DNA of 49,268 bases from Heptranchias perlo (taxonomy: Eukaryota): contig NC_090370.1 of assembly GCF_035084215.1 (NCBI RefSeq), positions 7,378,001 through 7,427,268 on the forward strand, in the 5' to 3' direction. Position 1 is the stretch's first letter, and every line of letters starts with the position of its first letter. Below the pieces are notes generated by a model, which was not told the DNA's origin, made no database searches, and was given only the letters and a program-made list of their open reading frames with translations. Below are positions 12,889 to 21,509 of this stretch, one piece after another. The position numbers and the translations under genes were made by a program.

Positions 12889-13719
12889 TCAAAGGGCTTC
12901 AAACAATGAATTACATTATTGACATGCACTGGCCATTGTTCTCTGGCCACTTTACATTTAAAAGTGCCTCTTCTTTTAGTCATTCTACTGCAAAGTTTGT
13001 TTTTTGACTCTCTTCCAACCTTTTCAGCCCTGCACGCTGATCTGGAACCGTGCGCCATGCTGAAATGCCACACTGACTGAGTAGGAAGATGCCAGCCCCC
13101 ACAGATTCAATGGAACCATTTGCCGACATACCGTGATGGACATCAAACGTGCAGCTCTCAGGTGCCCATTGTGACTAGATGTGGCCTTTCCTTGAGGCTG
13201 TGGGGAGTGAATTAAAAAGGAAGATTTAAGGCAACAGGTAGACAAAAACAAATTGTAGTGCAACAACTCGAGGGAGAACTGTTATTTTGCCACATACATA
13301 ATATACTTGAAAAGGAGAAAGGCTATGGGAAAAGGGCAGGGAGGTGGGACTAATTGGATAGCTCTTTCAAAGGGCCAGCTCAGGCATGCTGGGCCGAATG
13401 GCCTCCTTCTATGCTGTATGATTAAATGATTCTATGAGTAATGCTTTTAACGTGTTGACGATGAAGAACTAGAATTGAGTAGCATTTACATTTGCATATA
13501 AATTTTGTATTTGAAGGCTCTCTAGTTCAGAAGTTCTACATAATAGGATATTTGATACAATGGAAGTTTATGCTTAGCTCCCACACATTTAATCGTGGAG
13601 TCAATTCTAATCGAACATCTAAATTTAATATTTTGATAATATTCAGTCAGAGGGAACTTTAGAAAGAAATGAAAGTCAATGCAGATTTTTATATCTTTTC
13701 ATATTGCTTCCCTGATGGC

Positions 13720-14105
13720 TCATTTGGTAACAACATTTGGCTGAACCATGGAGACCAGAAGGTCTCAGGCTCAATTCCTTGTCTTTTTTGAGTTAGCTGA
13801 TCTCAGCCAGGGTGGTAGCAGCAATGCTATAATTGTCCTTGGTACCCTGGTTTAGGGAGGGGAAAATTAGCAAGGGTTCTTGTTTTTGATTGCTATTAAA
13901 GCATCTTCTGAAGGATAATATGTATGTGTGAATGTTGAGCAGGGACAGGATTGGGCCCAGCTCTAATGCTGTTGACAGCGAACTGTCCTGTTGACGCTTA
14001 TGTGTAGGCTCACACATGAAGAATAGCCACTTGGGTTAGTTACCAGTGGGTATCCATGGAATTGTGTTCCAGCAGTAGTCAACACCGTCAGGAGAGTAAG
14101 GGGGG
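13720..14105 (+). mobile_element. Old tRNA-derived SINE, AmnSINE2-like
   Basis: GAGTTAGCTGATCTCAGCCAGGG...AGGCTCACACATGAAGAATAGCCACTTGGG; related pieces at ~1230, 9495, 24200, 28660, 36840, 42900. Confidence 0.55.
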
Positions 14106-15577
14106 AGCATGTCCCAAAAACAACATCAAACTACAGCACTGTCTGCATTGCACTGACAACCACATGAATACCACAAGATTTGAAACACTGAAATCATAAA
14201 GCTTGAAACCCTAAAAGACTGGCACCTAAAATTATTAATATTACACCAGACACATATTACACCGGGTTCTCAATGCTTGACTATGTAGTGTCGCCAGAAG
14301 ATAGGATATGAGATCACTTTGAATGCTTGTGTGTAGTTAACATTGAATCACAAACCTAAATGATTTTCCTTACAGTGTAACTCGATCCAAGGGAATTTTG
14401 TATCTATTAGGTTTCAACTGTCAACAAAACTCAACAGGATTCTTGCTAAAATATTAAGGTGATAACTCAAGTCTTTAGAATACTTATTTAGGCATTGCTG
14501 CTGGTGTAGATATAAATATAGTAAAAAATTGTGATTTCTTTCTATAAAGTTGAGAAAATCTACCATTAAAATTATGAATTTAACCAAATTTAATATGTTT
14601 TTTGATAAATTGCAAATACAGACTCAAGGACTGAAACTTGCTCAAGTTCATACAAATTAGGCTTTGTAATCCGGTTCTTTCATCTTTGAAGGGAAGTGGG
14701 ACAATGAAACCTAGCGAAGATGATCTCGGATAATAGCTATTGAGTGCCACAGTACTTAACCGGTCAAGACAATACCGCTTCACATTATATCCTGAGTATT
14801 AAAAGATGTAAATATAGGTTCTGTTTTAAAATGACTTGCATTTATTTTTCCCTGTGTTCAAATTTATTTCAACCCCTGTCGTGATTGGTGTCCGCTTTCT
14901 GCATGATTATGTTAATGATTCATTTCAAATCTTGATCTTGTAATAGTTTTAATGTATATTACTCAGTATTAGGATTTGCATATATTTCAAATTGTTTAGC
15001 TTCAACTTTTTAATTTTTATTTTTACGGTGCATGCTTTAAGCCTCTTACAGTAATCATAAGAAGACGATTTCTCACAACTTTCTTCCAGAGTAGAAGAGA
15101 TTTCTGCTGTGAATCATGTAATCAAAAGTTAGTACTTAAGATGCTGTCGGAGTTTCACTCTTTTCTGGGCACATTATAGTATTGCAGGTTGCAGTTGCAA
15201 GTTAGCTTTTCCACTTTAATTCCAAAGGAATCAAAAAGAGATTATACACTGGTCAGTTACAGAATTATTTGAAAAAGGGAAAAAAAGGTTAAAAAAAAGA
15301 CAAGTCAAAAGGCAGAAAAAAGGATTTTTTAAAAAGGTCAAATCCAACATTTCACTGTTCTTGCAGGCAGTGTCTCCAGAAGTGAAACAACTGTGGTAAG
15401 CCTTTAAATAGCAGCCAAAAGCAGGGCTTAGGGGCTTTAGTTAACTACTTGACTTCTGACTGTGTATAATTGGGCCAGAAGTGTCCAACCGTTTGGAGCA
15501 GTGGGCCAGATCTTTATGTCGCAACCATTGAGTCAGCTATATTTGATTAAGGGCACATATATGCACATTCATTGTTT

Positions 15578-15870
15578 GAACAACAACTTGCATTTATAGC
15601 TCTTTTAACGTAGTAAAACATCTCAAGGCTCTTCACAGCAACGTAATCAGACCAAAATTGACACAGAGCCAAAGAAGGAGGCATTAGAACAGGTGACCAA
15701 ATTCTTGGTCAAAAAGGTTGGTTTTAAGCAGTGTCATAAAGGAGGAGAGGTGGAGAAGCAAAGACATTTTAGGAAGGAAATTCCAGAGCTTAGGGCCTAG
15801 ATAACTGAAGGCACGGCCGCCAATAATGGGGTGAAGGAAGTCGGGGATGCACAAGAGGCCAGAATTGGAG
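15578..15870 (-). mobile_element. L2 3' end
   Basis: Homologous to 3110-3420 and 5572-5830. Confidence 0.7.
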
Positions 15871-15914
15871 CCCTTTGAAATGTTTCAATGTGAAAGGTGT
15901 AATATAACTACAAG

Positions 15915-16306
15915 CATTTTCATTAAAATATCCCCCCACTCCCAACACACGCATGTCCACAATAATTCTCTCCCTTAATTAGTTAACCCAAAGCACATGG
16001 AGACAACAGCAGGTTCTTGTGTTATTTTGGGTAGATGTGCTCAGCATCTTCTGTCCTCTGTTTGGATTGAACTACAGGTGAATGGTTAGAAATGGTACAA
16101 AGATTTGCAAATTGCCTGATTTTTTTTATTCTTTTGTAAAATTCTTGATGAAAGCATAATTCTGGCTGAACCTTTAAAATTTGTTGTCCAACTAATTAGT
16201 TGGGATTTTATTATACAGGTTCAAACTAGTTAATGCTGTTTGATAGGGTTAACTATATAGTATACAAACTAGACTGCCACATAGCAGGCAAACAGCTATA
16301 TAACTG
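15915..16306. repeat. ~390-bp inverted repeat, right copy (partner 12492-12888)
   Basis: e.g. CTCTCCCTTAATTAGTTAACCCAAAGCACATGGAGACAACAGCA is the reverse complement of ~12787-12830. Confidence 0.9.
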
Positions 16307-16424
16307 TGCACTGTTGAAGAGATGAAAGAGATTAAAACAGAAAAGAAAGGGAAGGAGAGAAAAGAAATGTGAAAGATCAGAGCGGGGGAGAGACAGCAAT
16401 GAAGGCAGAGAGACTGAAGTGAAC

Positions 16425-16900
16425 TCTAGAAGCTTGAGCTCATCCAAAACTCTGCTATCCGTATCCTAACTCGCACCAAATCCCGTTCGCCCATCACCCG
16501 TGTGATCGCTGACCTACATTGGCTACCGATCTGGCAATGCCTTGAAATTAAAATTCTCATCCTTGTGTTCAAATCCCTCCAAGGCCCCTCCCTATCTCTA
16601 TAAGCTCCTCCAGCCCTACAACCCTCCAAGAACTCAGCGATTCTGGTCTCTTGTACATCCCCGATTTCCATCGCCCCACCATTGGCAGCCGTGCCTACAG
16701 CCTCCTGGGCCCTAAGCTCTGGAATTCCCTCCCTCTCCTTTAAGATGCTTCTTAAAACCTACCTCTTTGACCAAGCTTTTGATCACCTGACCTAATATCT
16801 CCTTATGTGGCTTGGTGTCAAATTTTGTTTGATAATCGCTCCTGTGAATCGCCTTGGGATATTTTAGTACATGAAAGGTTCTATATTAGTGCAAGTTGTT
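16425..16900 (+). mobile_element. L2 3' end
   Basis: KLELIQNSAIRILTRTKSRSPITRVIADLHWLP plus L2 tail. Confidence 0.75.
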
Positions 16901-17728
16901 GAAGGTGGAAAAAGAGACAAACTGAAATGGAGGCATGAAAGCAATTTAAGGTTGTATTTACAGTACAGATTTAGCACTGGGACACTGGCACTCAGTAAAT
17001 TTGTAACATAAATGTGCAGGGAGGGATTCCGATATGGCTGAACTAGAGGCAGCAGCAGGAAGGGACTCATGCAGCAGGTAGAAGCAGTACTATCAGGACT
17101 GAGGTGGGTGGGCAGGTTAGAGGTAGCCAGTGAGTCTGGGGCATGGTGGGAAGTACCACTGTGTGCTGGGAGCAAGGTCAGAGTCTCGGTCAGTAGCTGC
17201 CTGTGGAGGGCAGGGGTACTGTCATCCCAAGGATTAGCCTTTGTGACTCAGTTGCCACAAGATGGGGTATCCTCCTATACCCAAGTACACTAGTAGCTGT
17301 ACAGGTGAGCCTGCTATTGGAGCGGGATTGATTTTAAAAAAAAATTCCCACAGACCCATCAGCAAATCACCTGTTTCTGCTATTGGGGTGGGAGGATGCT
17401 CGTGTGGAGCATAAACATGGGCATGGACCAGGTGGGCCACAATGGCCTGTTTGTGCTGTACATTCTATGTAATTATATTGGTAGGGAATCAAAAGATGGA
17501 ACTCCAGGAGCCAGATAAAAATCAGGGACTGGGCTGGATTTGGTCTACACACCCTGGGTTGGACACTTCTGATCTGGGCAATGTTACCATGCACTCGATT
17601 ACACGTGATGAAGTCCTGCCCTTTTGCTGTTAATCAGCATCTTATCTCAGTAGCTTTTGTCAAGATACTCTTGAAGATTATTGTCTTTTTTAATAAGGAC
17701 AAGTCAAGATTGAAAGTTAAGCACTATC

Positions 17729-17734
17729 TTTATT
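17729..17734 (-). terminator. polyadenylation signal of krt18-like gene
   Basis: AATAAA on the minus strand ~95 nt after the stop. Confidence 0.65.
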
Positions 17735-17829
17735 TTCATCAGATTCAAACAGAGGGCAGACTATTACATTTCAGCTAGAGATGATCTGTTGTGGCAATTG
17801 AATCTAGGTGGATGTGGTTTCATTGCCAT

Positions 17830-17924
17830 TTAGTTGATGCGAATTGATTCACTCTCAGTCACCATTTTGCCATCCAACATTTTCTGAGTGGTTACCATAG
17901 TCTTCTTGATAGTTTGTGATGTTC
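17830..17924 (-). CDS. krt18: krt18-like exon 8 (tail, stop TAA)
   Basis: (G)[30 protein letters not shown]; tttgcag acceptor. Confidence 0.9.
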
Positions 17925-20890
17925 CTGCAAATAGATAAAAAATTGTGAGCAGGTATGTTCACACACAAGCTTAACATGCGATAGATTTCTGTCTTCACTG
18001 CCTGGGTGACAATCTGCCAGGGCAGATCGCACACCCTTTAAAGAACCCCCGATTCTCAGCCCATTCATTTTAATGGAATGTAAATCAGATGGGTTCCATA
18101 AAGGGCTTGCAGTCAGCCCTGGCAGATTACTACCCAGGCAGTGCAGACAGAAATCTATCCCATGGCCTTTACAGTAGAAATGTTTATAAAATTACACACA
18201 AGTGTCCTGAAAGCAATTAAAATGGTCTTACCTGAAGTTGATTCAACAAGTGCGCTGTAAAAAGAGAAAAAAAGTCAAACATAGTTCAATCTGCCCACAC
18301 CAATTATAGATATTTAACCAGGATGGGAGGGGGGGGGGGGGGGTCACCATTTTGCTATGGTTGTAACAATTTTTTTTCCTACCAATGCTAAATGTAACCC
18401 CAGCTTACTTGATGGCCTCTCCATCTAGCAGACGTTTGTATGTTGCTATTTCAACCTCAAGCTTCATCTTGATGTTCAGTAGATTTTCATAGTCTCTGGC
18501 CTGGGACTGCATTTCACTGCGGAGCTGAAGCAAATCTGCCTCCAACTTGGCAATCAGGGCATTTAGCTGCTGCAGCTCCATCTCATATCTCAGCTCTGTA
18601 TCTCGGAGAGTGTTTTCCAGTGAGTTTTTCTAGAATGAAAAAAAATGTATCCAATAATGCAGCTTGGTGAAATTGACTGTTACCATTCAATTAACTCTCA
18701 GTGAGTATTGGATTTTAAATTTTGGTTAAATGACACTTGTTCAGAATGTAGGTATGTCTTCAAGGTTATTAAAAGTGTATACCATGAGATTGAATTAAAT
18801 GTCTTTGGAGTCCTCACCATGCTTAGAAGACTCTCCAGCTCAACCTCCAGAGACTGTGTCTGGCGGCGTAGTTCAGTGACTTGTCCCTTTGAACCTTCCA
18901 GTGCATCAGTATTCTGTTGGACTTCAACTGTGTAGAAATCCATCTACAATTAGAAGAAATGCAATTAAGAGCCAGTACTTTTCACAAACGTTACCAGGTT
19001 CTAATATTTTGACAATGTAGTAATCTTGCGACCCTGTGTAGGTTTGTGTTTTAATGTGCACTTCATGTTATCAGTAAAGGCATTATGTGGAGTTGTTCAG
19101 GTTTTTAAATATAATTTCATTTACCTGGGTCTTGTACCAGTTCTCTGCATCATCTTTGTTTTTCTGTGCTATTTGCTCATATTGTTCCCTGATCTCTGAA
19201 ATGATCTTAGTCAAATCTGGACCTCGAGGAGAATCCACTTCAACCTGCACATTGGAGGTGGAGATCTGGGAACGGAGGGCTTTGATTTCCTGTGGAAATA
19301 AAACACACATTGCCATTCCATCTTTGTCAAACTGTCCATACCCTGCTTAAATATATAGAATACAAGCAAAGGATGAGAGAATCAAAAATGCAGCTTGTAA
19401 TACATAGAAATACACATCATACTTGAATAACCCATTTCCTGCACATTAGCCATTATTCAGATTATTTCCCAAAAGGAAATTACTTGTGTAACAATAATGG
19501 GTTTCCCAATAGTACATTGCAATCTTTCTCTAGAACTATGCCCTCTACAATATCCATTGACCCTGTTAGGTGTGGGTGAATTCCACCATGCTTTCCAGAA
19601 CCCACACCCTACTTTTCATATCATTATCATCCTGATATTTCCTTTCTAATAAGCGCCTGCTCTGTGGCACTTACATCATCATGGTTCTTTCTGATGTAGA
19701 TAAGCTCCTCTTTCAGAGACTCGATCTCGCTCTCCAGGTGCAGGCGTCCAATGTTGGTGTCGTCAATGACTTTGCGCAATCCGTTGATGTCAGTCTCCAC
19801 AGACTGCCTGATGGCCAGCTCAGACTCCCATCTACCGAGGAAACACAACCACGAGAGCCCATGTTAAAGGAGCTCAAACTTTGAGACTTGACCCCAAACA
19901 CCTTCGTGTGGCTATGGGTCACCTCATTGATACAATGGGGTTGAACACTCGCAACTTTAGGGACCATGAAAGAAGTGGAGGGGTTTGAAACCTTAAAGAA
20001 AAAAAACGCTTTGCATTGAATGCTGCGTTAGTAACTTTGTTCAATAATTGTATAACAGGATATGTGGATCGGTAAACTGATCGGTTATTGTATTTGTATG
20101 AGAAAGAAAGCACTCACTTCACCCTGAAGTCGTCAGCAGCCAGGCGAGCATTATCGATCTGAAGTATTAAACGAGCGTTATCTACGGTCATGTCATAGAC
20201 CTAGAAGATTAAAATATATATATTAAAACAATTTACATCCCATATGTTACCTACTCGGCCTTCCTGACAATCAGCCGATAAATTACAGTTGGTGATACTG
20301 GCGCAGGAAGGGTTAATCCCTGTCCAGTGGAACAGGTCTTTAAAATACAAAGGTTCCTCCGCTTGTGACCAGCTTGAGACGTCCTGCACCCCCTAGCAGG
20401 TGGCATGGTGGGCAAAGCATATGCCAGGTGCCAGGAGCCGCCACCCCCCGGGCCATCCCTAATGGGTTTGCTGAGCTGCTGGAACTTTTACCTGTTTGCG
20501 AAGATCATTCAGCGGCTTCTCGTAGGCACTCAAATCACGAGCACTGGGTCCCCTGGCGTCCAGGTGCTCCTTGATGTGCAGCTCCAATTTGGTGTTGGCG
20601 CTCTCCAGGCTGCGCACCTTCTCCAGGTAGTTGGCCAGGCGATCGTTCAGGTCCTGCATGGTCTCCTTCTCGTTGGCTACGCCCCCGATCCCGCTGCCCA
20701 CCATGAGTCCAACGCCGCCGCCGCCGCCGCCCATCCTGCTCGACCTGGAGAAGGAGCTGGACACCCGGCTCACAGCGACCCTGGGGCCAAAGCCACTGAA
20801 GCTGCTGGCGCTCGACTGCAGAGGCATGGACCTCCGGATGGAGTGGCTGTGCACAGGGCTACCGAAAGATGACAACGAAGAGTAATTCAT
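17830..20890 (-). CDS. krt18: Type I keratin, keratin 18-like; 8 exons join(complement 20492-20890,20118-20200,19675-19831,19125-19289,18818-18943,18409-18629,18232-18254,17830-17924); 422 aa
   Basis: Helix-initiation [40 protein letters not shown], linker VEVD, helix-termination [16 protein letters not shown]18-type tail [13 protein letters not shown]. All introns GT-AG; exon sizes 83/157/165/126/221 match the type I keratin pattern; total 1269 nt is in frame. Orthology to KRT18 rather than a paralogue is inferred. Confidence 0.9.
17975..18164. mobile_element. Fold-back MITE filling most of krt18-like intron 7
   Basis: Whole-length imperfect palindrome: GATAGATTTCTGTCTTCACTGCCTGGGT... / ...ACCCAGGCAGTGCAGACAGAAATCTATC, centred on CCATTCATTTTAATGG. 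Confidence 0.75.
18232..18254 (-). CDS. krt18: krt18-like exon 7 (23-bp micro-exon)
   Basis: Strong polypyrimidine tract ttttttctctttttacag and donor G|GTAAGA; converts phase 2 to phase 1 as needed for the last exon; encodes (N)ALVESTS(G). Confidence 0.85.
18409..18629 (-). CDS. krt18: krt18-like exon 6 (221 bp, coil 2 end)
   Basis: [19 protein letters not shown]...[24 protein letters not shown]; ttctag acceptor, gtaagc donor. Confidence 0.95.
18818..18943 (-). CDS. krt18: krt18-like exon 5 (126 bp)
   Basis: [42 protein letters not shown]; tgtag acceptor, gtgagg donor. Confidence 0.95.
19125..19289 (-). CDS. krt18: krt18-like exon 4 (165 bp)
   Basis: [26 protein letters not shown]...WYKTQ; ccacag acceptor, gtaaat donor. 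Confidence 0.95.
19675..19831 (-). CDS. krt18: krt18-like exon 3 (157 bp)
   Basis: [24 protein letters not shown]...YIRKNHDD; AG acceptor, GTAAGT donor. Confidence 0.95.
20118..20200 (-). CDS. krt18: krt18-like exon 2 (83 bp)
   Basis: [27 protein letters not shown]; ttctag acceptor, gtgagt donor. Confidence 0.95.
20492..20890 (-). CDS. krt18: krt18-like exon 1 (head + coil 1A)
   Basis: ORF 20459..20890 MNYSS...LRKQ; donor CAG|GTAAAA at 20491. Confidence 0.93.
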
Positions 20891-20972
20891 CCTAGCGGGA
20901 GAGATAGGGCAGCTTGTCTAACACTTACAGAAAACAATTCGTGAACCGCACAAAAAACCAAGACGTCCCAGG

Positions 20973-21081
20973 AAGTTTATAAACTTTATACCCCTCGGCC
21001 ATCACCAATTGGCCGAGAGCTGTGTCCAATCTGTGTCTGACTGCATTCCTGTCCAATGGGAGTGCCAAGGGCTGGTATAAA
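20973..21081. promoter_or_regulatory. Compact bidirectional promoter for the type I/type II keratin pair
   Basis: Minus-strand TATAAA at 20985-20990, plus palindromic AAGTTTATAAACTT at 20973-20986; CCAAT boxes at 21005 (palindromic CCAATTGG), 21026 and 21053; plus-strand TATAAA at 21076-21081; flanked by CpG-rich first exons. Confidence 0.75.
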
Positions 21082-21233
21082 CCACACACCGACTAACGGG
21101 ACCGCAGTTCGCCTTGGGGCAAAGAGGATTCAGAAACAGGTTTCTTTTAAAAGTTTTTAAAAAAAAAAACAATTGGCAAACTTTTCATTTTTTATTTCAT
21201 TCTAAGGTTGAAATCGAAAACTTTGAAGGAAAA

Positions 21234-21509
21234 ATGTCTAACCGTAGCTTGTACCGTGTCAACTCCCGCTCCAAGCAATTCAGCAGCCAGTCTTATACCC
21301 CCGGCTCAGCAATGCAACGGGCCAGCTCCGTCCGCTCGGTCGGACTCCTGGGCACAGCGGCCGGGCAGAGACTGGGCGTCGTGCCCCTGGGCAAGGGGTC
21401 CCTCGAGCTGCCCCGATTCGAGGATTGCCAGGCTTTCCAGCAGCTTCGCGTTCAAGAGAAAGAACAGATCAAAGGATTAAATAACCAGTTCGCCACTTTT
21501 ATCGACAAG
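21234..21509 (+). CDS. krt8: krt8-like exon 1
   Basis: [10 protein letters not shown]...[19 protein letters not shown]; donor AAG|GTAAAA. Confidence 0.9.

Noticed and set aside
18325-18343. Poly-G run in krt18-like intron 6 (G-quadruplex candidate)
   Set aside because: Simple homopolymer; similar runs occur at ~27430 and ~39611, so there is no specific evidence of function.
20365-20885. Plus-strand ORFs of 69-155 aa overlapping krt18 exon 1
   Set aside because: Antisense shadows of a GC-rich coding exon, with no independent features.
21140-21206. Possible 67-nt 5' UTR intron (CAG|GTTTCT ... TTCATTCTAAG|G)
   Set aside because: The donor is weak and the intron very short; it cannot be supported without transcript data.
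21114-21233. ORF-track N-terminal extension of the type II keratin starting at TTG 21114
   Set aside because: Non-ATG start immediately after the predicted TSS and running through A/T homopolymers; the first ATG is at 21234 with A at -3.
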